This document shows positions 53,401 to 62,207 of a DNA stretch of 64,000 bases, piece by piece (within the stretch, counting starts at the first letter, position 1; each line of letters starts with the position of its first letter). The notes below the pieces were generated by a model, which was not told the DNA's origin, did not search any database, and worked only from the letters and a program-made list of their open reading frames with translations. Origin of the DNA: Chlorobiota bacterium (GTDB lineage Bacteria; Bacteroidota; Ignavibacteria; Kapaibacteriales; NICIL-2); the NCBI GenBank assembly GCA_044224515.1, contig JBGAKH010000002.1, forward strand, positions 162,151 to 226,150, written 5' to 3'. The position numbers and the translations under genes are program-made.

Positions 53401-54777
53401 CACACCATCCCATCGGAAATAGGTGTAGTAGCACGAGTTGTAATTATCCGGCGCGCTAGGATACAACGCTACAAGAGTTTTTTGCGGTACAGTTCGTGAT
53501 TGATATCCGGCAGAGGCTCCAACCCATTGCCAGTAACACATGTTGCTCTGCAGATTGAGATTGCCAAACTGATAGGTCGTATCCGTTGCCGTATAGCGTA
53601 CCGTCAACACACGAGTAGTACCGGAGTCTATAACAAAAGGTGGAGAACTTCCACCCCAGTTAATCACTTGAAAGTGAGCATTGGTAAACGAACCGGCATC
53701 TATGGTGATTGCTGCGTTATAGGCATACAATGTCAGGGTTTTATCAACGTAGGTTCCAGGGGTGACAGCACCGTACGTGAGGGAATAAGGAGACTGCGAG
53801 ACGTAGGGAATCTTTGATTGCGGCATCAAGTAGTATTGTCCGACGGCCGGCATTCCCATGGACGGCACTGCAATACTGACATATCTCCAATTCACATAAC
53901 AATAGCGATCGGCCCACCAATGAAGAGTACAGGGAGGAATTCCTTGCGCATGCACATAGGCAGCACGAAGTGCTGCTTTAAGCATAACCTCTGTGCCCAT
54001 TGATTCACGATTTAAATCACCCTGTTCTATACCACCGGTTTGCACAGCCATGTCATAGAGTATCTGTGGTGCTTGAAGGTGATAGGAGATGGTGTAAATC
54101 GTGATGTTATAGAGTCGAGCGAAATTGACGATGGAATCAAGTTTGCCACCGCCATCACCATCGGTTACCAAAATCACAACGCGCTTATATTGTCCACGTG
54201 TTGCGACATTTAATGCTCCCGTCGGCGCAGCCAATAAAGCGTTATTATAATCCGTTGCGCCTTGAGGTTGTAGGGTTCCAACCGCTTGTAGTAGTGCAGA
54301 GCGACTCGTGGTAAAATCCTGATTAATGTAACTCAGGTGATCAAACGATGTCAGCGCAACTTCGTTTTGCGTTGTATCGATCATCGAAATAAGCTGCGAT
54401 GCTGCGTTTCGTACGGTGGACATGCGGCTCGGACTATCTTGACTCATGGAGCCCGAAACATCTAAGCACAAGACAACGGATAATTTTTGAGCAGTGGCGG
54501 AGGGAGGACAACTCACGGACGTGACTTGCATTGACGTTGAACCATTGTTCACGACAAAGTCACTCGTTTGAAAATTCCTAATTAATCTGTTTTGCGCATC
54601 AAAAGCATAAAAATCACAGCTGTGATCCTGAAATGCATTTACCGTGTAGGAAATTGGCGCAAGGCTCTGCGTCCACAAGTTCGTGGAACACATAAAGATA
54701 GCCAGGAGACCCAGAATTCGTCGCGACAGGGACATGTGACTCCGCAGATTAGGAGAAATTCCACACCGAATTGTCAT
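47461..54777 (-). CDS. giant T9SS-secreted protein (2438 aa): signal peptide, vWA domain, beta-propeller-like repeat region, nine or more Ig-like (HYDIN/choice-of-anchor-D-like) repeats, T9SS C-terminal domain
   Basis: vWA MIDAS DVSGSM (…VVLCLDVSGSMSQDS…VVILVTDGDGG…). Repeats with conserved [ILV]xNxG core (IVNRGSVG…, LVNTGSAE…, VYNTGSLP…, IVNDGSLE…). C-terminus …IPSGVYQVILHTATEMKTQRLEIVR. Alternative start at 54735 (MSLSRRILGLLAIF… signal peptide). Confidence 0.8.
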   Translation of the reverse strand: MTIRCGISPNLRSHMSLSRRILGLLAIFMCSTNLWTQSLAPISYTVNAFQDHSCDFYAFDAQNRLIRNFQTSDFVVNNGSTSMQVTSVSCPPSATAQKLSVVLCLDVSGSMSQDSPSRMSTVRNAASQLISMIDTTQNEVALTSFDHLSYINQDFTTSRSALLQAVGTLQPQGATDYNNALLAAPTGALNVATRGQYKRVVILVTDGDGGGKLDSIVNFARLYNITIYTISYHLQAPQILYDMAVQTGGIEQGDLNRESMGTEVMLKAALRAAYVHAQGIPPCTLHWWADRYCYVNWRYVSIAVPSMGMPAVGQYYLMPQSKIPYVSQSPYSLTYGAVTPGTYVDKTLTLYAYNAAITIDAGSFTNAHFQVINWGGSSPPFVIDSGTTRVLTVRYTATDTTYQFGNLNLQSNMCYWQWVGASAGYQSRTVPQKTLVALYPSAPDNYNSCYYTYFRWDGVAAGDSVRVEWSYDDAKTWTMLVDNFSGNFEQWFRTPPRTGSNNRIRISHLKFQNDRTQFLKLGHAGQMKQVVYNPQNNNQAVACLNPDNSYLSTRKAYVLSLQSGDTLATLNPGSGRVVSAVAWTPDGSYILTLSNGSPGAYIQIWNASTYALVRTIVDLTTTFTCMSLNAAGSRIAVGVNSLNNAIRIYDFSNGSLISTLVYHSSPVSALAFSADGTRLASGDVGSRTVVWYVGSGTRITNLDPSKITAVSSVSFNPTSIDQVLVSYLGGYSRIFSTSSSSELKNFSGSIGAHYYACFNASGTRVLSCGETAVGVPDAYRGAVVVWDPSTASQIFSFDGSGRLNQHAWRSMSAQFSSDGSHILTASGFGGVNQWTSSGTHEKQLLLRNAARGAVVSGCFFNNDQNVATMGEDGSVYVHDVATRDTLKCFYDLAATASKVNQLRVSPNGIYLAALSTDNSMALWNVLSGQLITRISSAGYGPAFSGNSQYVAVVADNTVRVFATATGALIRTLTINNFVAGRDLVYGYNDNSLLVAGLASATNMSVVSISTASWTETMRFTDTYGFGGECSKISYAPGAKYTTIYHQATNRSFILDSTLSLLGSISDNVQAICPNAGYVVGPMITNNQARLWRTSDRAVIRTVNPHQGYAVSQIALSENSSRALICSHDGNAWLWDCLASPIQMDTTKTPFVIGTSQLIKKDTINFGKVLNNGARDSVINQIIMNIGSSWDYIYSVTIEGYNKDEFRIVKKNTGLYLYPGQSLSYELGFIPRTKVVGIKQVTMTVVTLCDTLRFVLIGESVNPPTNNLIEQIDFGKVEITTKKDTTVTATIKNVTSSALTITNTRILGPDTVQFSIVSGGGSFVLQPNETRVITLRFAPTRIALTSARLAFYHAFLGSPATILLAGEGIGIPRIASAQKDYAMLSPICSALNPIDTVIRINNTGTGVMQIDSVRIIGSDSIYFKVVSVFPDTISAASFKNIRVQYLPQFSGSRAATLRVYSNAQNTPKGVLDVGLTAKRDTVIWFFPTQTLDFLNVRPFTSVDGFLTIVNRGSVGMYLPTPVKLGKFTIMSIAPNPIPSGQSARIFVNFNNGDTSMVYDTLYTVRDTCGGEVSARLRAFTQSPKATVYILSNLDIQSRTCQSQFDTTIIITNVGMMPLSIKDLRIINDSLQQFSIVRKPASTIDPDALDSIVIRYTPKELNSTGASLVIESNAQNTTNGQTLIPLSAHWNYTAFRFDTAAQEFIDIAPNTAATLSDTLVNTGSAEIQWTVPQQRGLFSLVSVVPNPTPAGASAIYTLRFAGAPSGTSVYDTLNVQDQCAKAQPLRIHAQVQSLRPRISLTPPKTFAVPCTPKRDTSVVVRNSGLDTLRIDSVAFSQSALLSMSLITPLPRIVLPGAVDTLRIRCDASGSGATSQSIPSTISIYSNSEKDSILVLSLSVEVQRADMRFASTVLSFPTLREWRKTTQQIVVYNTGSLPLRIATPVTRNKFSLDSLSKNPVPVGDSAIAYVRFAGDSAGVYRDTITVFDSCATAHRLAVVIEVMKIVPAHLQSITELSAHEQCYPSLDTTVVVKNTGGDNLLVSRMFLRGAQANEFTIVNDSSFELEPSAQHLVLLRHLSHSYTGMRSAELVLISNTDSSTNAERSIALKVLKDSVDMIWKDNPFFYGIVNRSQQYSATMVIVNDGSLEQVVPTPIRGQYFTIDSISPNPLPLYTQGVAYMHFDAPDSSGWIRETLSYRDNCGRENPVELSANLRAEISVYALDTTVQIGQVFEYPLYIHDVRGAKLAGISTMSAQLQWNTTLLSLRSVRHGSLLSSVEDGPTRTVSIESQAIDAQDSILAILELQAALGNDVQTAMHFSNVVANGGSATLSSKDAKISISGQCTDGGTRLFDRAKAIALRSVYPNPADGNITVDLSTPERAAVRIEVVDAMGRVAQVLYEGMPPAAEWQYKASCATIPSGVYQVILHTATEMKTQRLEIVR

Positions 54778-54949
54778 AAACTACAAAATCTGTTCATAGA
54801 ATGGATACGTAGATCTACGCAGGCAAGAGAGCTCTCTATCTCCAATAGAAGTCATTTTCTTTGGGAGCGACTGTGGAGAGCTTCCCGAGTACATGCTATC
54901 GGCCACCCGTATTTTTGAGCGCACTGTCTCAGATTAGCACAAATGACCC

Positions 54950-56308
54950 ATGAACAGCCTTTTCGACGATGAATTTGCAGCGCATTCTGCAGCAGCGGAG
55001 GACCCACGAATGCGACCTTTGGCAGACCGGATGCGTCCCAAAAGTCTGGCCGAAGTGCTAGGTCAGGAGCATTTACTGTCAGAAAACGGCCCTTTGCACC
55101 GATTTCAAGTTCAAGGACGCTTTCCATCTATCATCTTTTGGGGTCCACCCGGTGTTGGAAAAACCACGTTGGCTATGTTGATGAGTCGCGAAGCAGGATA
55201 CACCTTTGTCCAGCTCTCGGCAATCGAGTCCGGCGTCAAGGACTTACGAGAGGTCATAGCCACTGCGACCAGGTTGAAGCAAAAGGGCGGACGTACTCTC
55301 TTATTCATCGATGAAATTCATCGCTTTAACAAGAATCAACAGGATGCTCTACTCCATGCCGTAGAAAAGGGAGTTGTGACGCTCATAGGAGCGACCACCG
55401 AGAATCCCTCGTTTGAAGTCAACGCAGCGCTGCTGTCACGCTGTCAAGTCTATCGCCTGCGTGCACTTAGTGACGACGACATACGACGTGTTCTTGAACA
55501 TGCATTGGCAAGCGACCCAATTCTACTAGACTCGGGTGTTTCTGTTCAGGATTGGGATGCTCTGCTAACTATAAGCGGCGGTGACGCGCGAACTGCTCTG
55601 AACGCCTTGGAATTGGCGGCACATGTCGCGGAAGAAATAGATGCAAAGCGTGTTGTCACTCGCGCGGTGATTGAAAACGCCTTGCAGCAGAAGACGGCTC
55701 AGTATGATAAAAAAGGAGAGTCACACTACGACACCATTTCAGCTTTTATAAAGTCCATGCGTGGCTCTGATCCGGATGCTGCTCTGTTTTGGCTTGCCAA
55801 AATGATTGACGCCGGTGAAGACGCGCGCTTCATTGCACGAAGAATGGTCATCTTCGCATCGGAGGATATTGGGAATGCCGACCCTTCTGCTCTACCCTTG
55901 GCCGTGGCTGTGTTTCAGGCAGTGGAGCTTATCGGTATGCCCGAAGCACGCATCAATCTGGCGCATGGTGTGAGCTATCTGGCGTCGACGCATAAGTCCA
56001 ATGCCGCCTATCGCGGTATCGACATCGCCTTAGAGAAGATTCGCGGTGGCATCAGTATGAGTGTGCCCCTCCACCTGCGCAATGCACCAACGCGCTTGAT
56101 GAAACAGGAAGGATACGGTCAGGAGTACCGCTATCCACATAGCTATACGGAACACTTTGTACGCGAACACTACTTCCCGTCAGACTTACAGCCACTCAGC
56201 TTCTATCAACCTACACGTATTGGTGCGGAAGCAGCATTGCAAGAACGACTGCAACGACTGTGGGGCAGCAGATTTCTCAGTGAAGAAACAGATCCCAATC
56301 AAGACTAA
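54950..56308 (+). CDS. rarA: replication-associated recombination protein A (AAA+ ATPase RarA/MgsA)
   Basis: Walker A GPPGVGKTT, Walker B LFIDEIHRFNK, sensor/arginine finger region, MgsA C-terminal helical domain. Confidence 0.9.
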   Translation: MNSLFDDEFAAHSAAAEDPRMRPLADRMRPKSLAEVLGQEHLLSENGPLHRFQVQGRFPSIIFWGPPGVGKTTLAMLMSREAGYTFVQLSAIESGVKDLREVIATATRLKQKGGRTLLFIDEIHRFNKNQQDALLHAVEKGVVTLIGATTENPSFEVNAALLSRCQVYRLRALSDDDIRRVLEHALASDPILLDSGVSVQDWDALLTISGGDARTALNALELAAHVAEEIDAKRVVTRAVIENALQQKTAQYDKKGESHYDTISAFIKSMRGSDPDAALFWLAKMIDAGEDARFIARRMVIFASEDIGNADPSALPLAVAVFQAVELIGMPEARINLAHGVSYLASTHKSNAAYRGIDIALEKIRGGISMSVPLHLRNAPTRLMKQEGYGQEYRYPHSYTEHFVREHYFPSDLQPLSFYQPTRIGAEAALQERLQRLWGSRFLSEETDPNQD

Positions 56309-56481
56309 CATTCCCGGACTCGCTCCGGAGGCATGATGAGCAAGTATGAGTATCGGACGTAGATCTTCACACCATTCTCGTTGTTCTACGACCGGCTGTT
56401 ATGCATAAAACACGGTCGGGTCAGCGCAGGCAATGATGCCTGACGAAATAATGGGTGACTCCGGAACTGATGTCCGGCGCA

Positions 56482-56934
56482 TTACACGCCGAATTGCTGC
56501 ATGTGATGATCAAAATGCTTATAGAACAACGTGTTCCATTCTTGGGTACTCAGTGGACCAAAGGATAGCGACTCGCGGCCGCTAAATGAGCTCTCGCCAT
56601 CCTGCTGTACTCGCTGCATGAAATCGATGAGACGTTTCTTTTCGTTTTCAAAATCACGGTGACCGGAGATTTTAAAGGCGGGTGCTGTGGCTATATTCTT
56701 TTTATAGGGCTTGGGTCCGACAACAGCTTCTTTTACAAACATCTTGACTAAGAAACGAGCCACCGGGTTGGGTTTCGGGTGCTTGTCCGTGTAGACCATT
56801 TCATAACTAACGCAGACGTGCGCCAGCATTTGATCGACCGTCATTTTACCCCACAGAGCTTTTGTGTCCGGCTTGAGTTTATTGACACGAGCTATAGCTT
56901 CTTCAACATCTGCTTTAGAAAAAACGGATTTCAT
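56482..56934 (-). CDS. DinB_2/DUF1569-like four-helix-bundle protein (start at internal Met MKSVFSKAD…)
   Basis: C-terminal …HFDHHMQQFG… His-rich motif typical of DinB_2/DUF1569 family (memory-based). Confidence 0.5.
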   Translation of the reverse strand: MKSVFSKADVEEAIARVNKLKPDTKALWGKMTVDQMLAHVCVSYEMVYTDKHPKPNPVARFLVKMFVKEAVVGPKPYKKNIATAPAFKISGHRDFENEKKRLIDFMQRVQQDGESSFSGRESLSFGPLSTQEWNTLFYKHFDHHMQQFGV

Positions 56935-57110
56935 GGAAATACTGTTTGAGTGAAACAAGAGATTCATTGCAAAATACCTGTTTTACTGACCGAACCTAGC
57001 TCTACACCGGCAAGTTTCCCACCACCGCTCATTCTACCTCGTATTGGACTGCTCTTAGCTATTTTTAGTATCAATTCAGTTCCGCACATCACCTCGGTGT
57101 ACAACAGCTT

Positions 57111-60100
57111 TTGTCACGACGGATACTACTACCGATGCTGCTTAAGACAGATCATCTGCACAACATAGTGCATGCCAACGAGCGCAGAGACAACGAGCAG
57201 ACCGTTGCGCTGTTGAGTCTCAAGCGGAGTTGGTCCATCGCGCTCAGCTTGACCCTTTTCTTTGTCCTTCTCCTACCACTTCAAGCCACTCAGCGCTTAG
57301 ACAGCACAAACATTGGGAGCATTGATATTGTTCACGCGGAGCAAGTAGCCGGACATTTCGCTCTCGACAAATCCCTATCGAACTCGGCGTTAACCATAGC
57401 CTTGAACGACTACGACCGTGGCCTATGCATTGAGGCAGGACATACCGTTCGTATCTACGTCGACAGTCGATGCGTGTCACTGCAAGCATTCATCGGTATA
57501 GACAACAGTATAGTGCCACACATAGACAGTTGTGAATTCATCGTTGTGGGCGATGTGGATACGCTTTGGCGAAGTCCGAAGCTCATTACGGGTCGTTTAG
57601 CAACGTATATGAACGTTGACATAACAGGAAGGAAGTCGCTCTTTCTGATCACCCGATCACTGTCTAGTTCTAAAAACGTTGTTCCGATCGACTTTGCAGG
57701 ACTGCAAATAGTTCGCTCGTTTAACGCTGCTCACGTCACGCCACTGGCTGATACCGTTACGTTCGACAGTACTGCCGTGCTAAGTTCAGCCCAAGATTTT
57801 GCTACACTGCGATACAATCGATCCACGGATGCCAACACCCTACGCGTCGCTGCAAAAAGCTACGATAGTGGATTGGGAACACACGCAGGGAGTGAAATCG
57901 AAGTAGCACTGGCTCCGCATTGTCGTGAATTCCGAGTGGATGTTGGAGCAGACGACGAAACGCTGCCGAACAAAGCTTCCATACGATTTTCTGTACTGCA
58001 CGAGACTGATACACTCTGGAAAAGCGGCCTGATGAGCACAACGAATGCCGCGCGCTTATGTCGTCTTGATGTTGCAAACTACAAGACACTGCGATTGTGC
58101 GTTGACGATGGCGGAGATGGCACCGCTTTCGATCACGCGGACTGGCTACACCCGCAGTTCTTATGCGACCGACTCCTTCCCGCTGCCTTCGATACGATAC
58201 TCATCGACAAAACGCTGATTAGTTACGAACAGGTCTTGTACGATTCGGTGAAGGTCAACGCCTCGTATCTGGGCCTACCCATGATCATCGCGAACACAAC
58301 GTATGCTCATGGTTTGGGACACCATGCTTGGGCTAACATCGGTATATCCTATCGTCCAAATTGGTTAACCTTTATGGCCGACGTCGGTGTCGATGCACGC
58401 TCATTGCCTGAGAAGGGAAGTGTCGAGTTCTTTGTTATTGCCAACTATCGCGACACATTGTGGCGCAGCGGCATCATGCGTTCAGGCGAAGAAGCCAAGC
58501 ACTGCGAAGTATCCCTCAACGGGGTATATCAACTTCAACTTGCTACCAACAACGGCGGAGACAATATCTCCTACGATCATTGCGATTGGGCTAACGCAAG
58601 CATTATCGTGGATCAAAGCGTCAGCTATGACAAGTACGAGTTTCCTATCCAAAGTATTCCATGTATAGATATGGTTATCGAGGAGGTGCTAGACTACTTG
58701 CCCCGCATCAACCGATCTTTTGGAAATCTTCCTATTCGCATCGGCAGCCGACAGTTCAGTAGCGGAGTTGGCCTCCATGCGAAAACAACCGTGCCTCTCT
58801 GGTTGAATGGCCATGCACGACGACTACACTTTCTAGCAGGAGCCGACCGGTCCGGTCTCACTGTCGGATTTGGCATCGGAAGCGTGCGCGTGCGAGTTCT
58901 GGGCGACGGCGATATTCTTTGGCAAAGCAGTGTCATGAAGACAGGCGACGAGGCGCAAGTATGCGACATCGATGTATCGAACATTCACTACCTGGAAATC
59001 ATTGCCGACGACGGCGACAATGGTGTCAGCTTCGACCATTGCTCTTTGGCCGATGGCTACTTCACGATGCAGTATCCCTTTGCTCCGGTTCAGTACAAAG
59101 CCGCAGCCGCTCCATTCGTTATTCGCACGCCGGAGGATAGTACGCCGCACATCAACGGACCAACAATGGTAGGCACTCAACCCGGTCGAGAACTGCTGTA
59201 TCACATTCCTATCAGCGGGGCACGTCCTATGGATATTAGCATATCCGACATTCCCGATGGATTGGTTTACGATACTGCCTCCCACAGTTTGCGCGGCACC
59301 CTCAATCAACGCGGTACCTACACTGTCACTGTTGAGGCACATAATCTCCACGGACAAGATCTTCGCCGGATTGGCATACGAGTAGGTGATACTATTGCTC
59401 TTAGTCCACCAATGGGGTGGAACAGTTGGTTGGTTAGCCACGTGGACATTGACGAAAACAACCTTCTCGAACAATTGCGTGCGTACCGCAGTCTCCCGCT
59501 GCGTGATTACGGATACAATTACTTCAACATCGACGATGCATGGCAGGGACAGCGCAATGCAAAGGGCGAGATCGGATGGGATACGACGAAGTTTCCGCAT
59601 GGACTCAAGAGTCTCATCGACAGCGTCCACGCGTCGGGCTTCTTGGCAGGGCTCTATACTTCGCCGGGCGTCATTACTTGTGCCGAACTTCCGGGCAGTT
59701 ACAATCACGAAGAACAGGACGTTGAAAGTTATTGTCGCTGGGGTGTTGATGCCTTAAAGAGTGACTGGTGCGCCACTAATGAGCTCTTGGATCCCAAGCA
59801 AAACATCTCTGCACAGATGAAGGCTTTGCATAAGCGTATGTCGGACGCCATTCGCCGCAACTCTCGCAACATTCTCCTTATGCTCGATCATTATGATGTC
59901 AATGCAGTGTTGGAGTGGGGACAAGAAATTGGCGCAAACACGTGGAGAACCGGCAACGATGGAATTGACACTTGGCGCAACATCAGCCTGGACAATGGAT
60001 TCAAGAACTCGAATTTCGCGGCTTATGTGGGCAATGGGCATTGGAATGACTATGACGTCTTAACGGTTGGAAATTTTTACGTCAATGCTTCCGGACACAA

Positions 60101-60833
60101 ACACACCCGACTGTCGGCGGCGGAGCAGTACACACAAATGACCTTATGGTGCATTGGAAAGAGTTTATTGCTAATGAGCTGTGATCTGAGTACTATGGAC
60201 CCTTTCACTTTGGCACTCTTGTGCAATCGTGAGGTTCTAGCCATCCATCAGGACCTGAATCCGACAGCGGGTAGACTTGTTGCACGCAACAGTCTGTATC
60301 AAGATGTATGGGCGAACAGAATGAGTGATTCCTCCATTGCGGTCGCACTCTTTAATCGCGATAATTACGCCACAAAAAACGTGATCGTGCGGTGGGAAGA
60401 CCTCGGTTTAAACGCGACTACAAAGGTTCGAGTACGAGATTGCTGGAGGTACAAAGATCTCGGTGTCTTTGTTGGAGCAATTGAGTTGCCGGTTGGTAGA
60501 CATGACACCGAGTTATTGCGCTTTTATCCTGAGAATCATGTCGGAGTTGTTCCGGAGAATGATCCAACGATTGCACTGCGTATTGTACCGCAACCTGTAG
60601 TAGAGAGTCCCATCCGCGTCCACTTGACCACGCCCTTCCCGGTTTCTCTTCGCTTCGACCTGTTTAACCAGCTTGGCGAGAAAGTCTACCAAACTGAGTC
60701 CATGCGCTACGAGGTAGGTGATTTTGACTTAGTAGTTCCTACAACACTTGATCTCAGCGCCGGACTTTACTCTCTACGCGCCACATGGTCCACAGGCACG
60801 CTATCTCTTCCCTTCATCTACCTACGTCGATAG
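57111..60833 (+). CDS. secreted glycoside hydrolase: four NPCBM/NEW2 carbohydrate-binding repeats + GH27 alpha-galactosidase/alpha-N-acetylgalactosaminidase catalytic domain + T9SS C-terminal domain (1240 aa)
   Basis: Four ~140-aa repeats each ending …DGGDG(T/N)…DH(A/C)DW(L/A)…. GH27 N-terminal signature PPMGWNSW and …YFNIDDAWQ…. C-terminus …LSAGLYSLRATWSTGTLSLPFIYLRR. Confidence 0.8.
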   Translation: MSRRILLPMLLKTDHLHNIVHANERRDNEQTVALLSLKRSWSIALSLTLFFVLLLPLQATQRLDSTNIGSIDIVHAEQVAGHFALDKSLSNSALTIALNDYDRGLCIEAGHTVRIYVDSRCVSLQAFIGIDNSIVPHIDSCEFIVVGDVDTLWRSPKLITGRLATYMNVDITGRKSLFLITRSLSSSKNVVPIDFAGLQIVRSFNAAHVTPLADTVTFDSTAVLSSAQDFATLRYNRSTDANTLRVAAKSYDSGLGTHAGSEIEVALAPHCREFRVDVGADDETLPNKASIRFSVLHETDTLWKSGLMSTTNAARLCRLDVANYKTLRLCVDDGGDGTAFDHADWLHPQFLCDRLLPAAFDTILIDKTLISYEQVLYDSVKVNASYLGLPMIIANTTYAHGLGHHAWANIGISYRPNWLTFMADVGVDARSLPEKGSVEFFVIANYRDTLWRSGIMRSGEEAKHCEVSLNGVYQLQLATNNGGDNISYDHCDWANASIIVDQSVSYDKYEFPIQSIPCIDMVIEEVLDYLPRINRSFGNLPIRIGSRQFSSGVGLHAKTTVPLWLNGHARRLHFLAGADRSGLTVGFGIGSVRVRVLGDGDILWQSSVMKTGDEAQVCDIDVSNIHYLEIIADDGDNGVSFDHCSLADGYFTMQYPFAPVQYKAAAAPFVIRTPEDSTPHINGPTMVGTQPGRELLYHIPISGARPMDISISDIPDGLVYDTASHSLRGTLNQRGTYTVTVEAHNLHGQDLRRIGIRVGDTIALSPPMGWNSWLVSHVDIDENNLLEQLRAYRSLPLRDYGYNYFNIDDAWQGQRNAKGEIGWDTTKFPHGLKSLIDSVHASGFLAGLYTSPGVITCAELPGSYNHEEQDVESYCRWGVDALKSDWCATNELLDPKQNISAQMKALHKRMSDAIRRNSRNILLMLDHYDVNAVLEWGQEIGANTWRTGNDGIDTWRNISLDNGFKNSNFAAYVGNGHWNDYDVLTVGNFYVNASGHKHTRLSAAEQYTQMTLWCIGKSLLLMSCDLSTMDPFTLALLCNREVLAIHQDLNPTAGRLVARNSLYQDVWANRMSDSSIAVALFNRDNYATKNVIVRWEDLGLNATTKVRVRDCWRYKDLGVFVGAIELPVGRHDTELLRFYPENHVGVVPENDPTIALRIVPQPVVESPIRVHLTTPFPVSLRFDLFNQLGEKVYQTESMRYEVGDFDLVVPTTLDLSAGLYSLRATWSTGTLSLPFIYLRR

Positions 60834-60846
60834 CCGGCGATCCACA

Positions 60847-61830
60847 ATGCTCAAACTCGATCGCTTACTTTCTATAGTCTTGATGTTGCATTCCAAGCGA
60901 TTGCTGCGAGCAACCGATTTGTCAGCCCATTTCGGGGTGAGTTTGCGGACGATTTACAGAGACATCAACACCTTGTGTGAAGCGGGCGTGCCTATTGCCG
61001 CCGAAGCAGGAGTTGGTTACTCCCTTGTAAAAGGATACAGTCTTCCGCCGGTCATGTTCTCAAACGAGGAAGCAACTGCTCTACTCATTGCTACCGAGTT
61101 TCTAAAGAAGATGTCACCGAACATCGATCTACGAAATCACAGTGCATCCGCTGTGGCAAAAATCACCTCCATCCTGCCGGATGATCTGAAAGAGCGCATT
61201 CATGATTTGCAGAATACGACTGCGGTTTTGAGTTCTCGTGCAGCAGATCCGCAGCATATAGCTGTGCCGACGGTGTTTAGCGATCTGCAACGTGCCATCG
61301 CGGAGCGTCGGCTTGTGCAAGTGCAGTATATCAGCGCTCAAGAGAAGCAGAGCTCACGAAGCATCGAGCCACTCGGCATGGTCTATTACGGGAACTCGTG
61401 GCATTGCATCGCCTATTGTCGGCTGCGACAAGACATGCGAGATTTTCGCTCAGACCGAATCGCCGCTCTCGAAATCAGCGACGAGCGCTTTAATGCTCGT
61501 CCCGGATTCAACATTCTGGAGTTCCTTCGCGAGCAATACTCCTCAGAATCGCCTATCACGGTGCGTGTGTTGTTTGAGAGGTCGACCGCACGGTACGTTA
61601 GCAACCGACATTACTACGGATTTGTGAGCGAAGTCAAACGCGAGGAGGGAGTCGAAATGACGTTCTTGAGCCCAAGTCTGCACTACATCGGACGCTGGCT
61701 CTTTAGCTTTGCCGACCGCGTAGAAATCCTTGAACCCGCGGAACTCAAAGACATCTTTCGACGCTTTGCACAAGGTGTACTCAACAAGCTCAACGAAGAA
61801 TTACTCGAAGAATCCACGAAGTCTTCCTAG
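60847..61830 (+). CDS. YafY-family transcriptional regulator (HTH + WYL + C-terminal extension), start at internal Met MLKLDRLLSI…
   Basis: N-terminal HTH_11-like …LDRLLSIVLMLHSKRLLRATDLSAHFGVSLRTIYRDINTL…. Central WYL-like region (…VYYGNSWHCIAYCRLRQDMRDFRSDRI…). Confidence 0.8.
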   Translation: MLKLDRLLSIVLMLHSKRLLRATDLSAHFGVSLRTIYRDINTLCEAGVPIAAEAGVGYSLVKGYSLPPVMFSNEEATALLIATEFLKKMSPNIDLRNHSASAVAKITSILPDDLKERIHDLQNTTAVLSSRAADPQHIAVPTVFSDLQRAIAERRLVQVQYISAQEKQSSRSIEPLGMVYYGNSWHCIAYCRLRQDMRDFRSDRIAALEISDERFNARPGFNILEFLREQYSSESPITVRVLFERSTARYVSNRHYYGFVSEVKREEGVEMTFLSPSLHYIGRWLFSFADRVEILEPAELKDIFRRFAQGVLNKLNEELLEESTKSS

Positions 61831-62207
61831 TCGACCCCTCATCTCATTCAGTCCGGGGGGCTTACTACTTCCTCATGGCGATTGATCTGTATGGTAGGGC
61901 TGCGCCCTCCCAAACTCCGGCCTGCCAAGTAGCTCCGTACTCCGCTCCCTAAGCGTAACATTCATGATTCACCTTTATCATTTTGCCTACCGAGAATTGT
62001 GTTTCAATGATCATATCTAAAGAAGTCAATTTGTCTTCAACCTTTCTCAAAGCCTACTGACATACCCTTGTCACCCCACCCCCTTAGCTTGCATCCATAA
62101 GCTCAATCAGCAACGATTTTCGCTCCAAAGCTAGCGCCGATCGACGCATAGATGATGAGATGATGAACACACTACGTTTTGTATCACCTTTTTGAAAGTC
62201 TCAGGCT

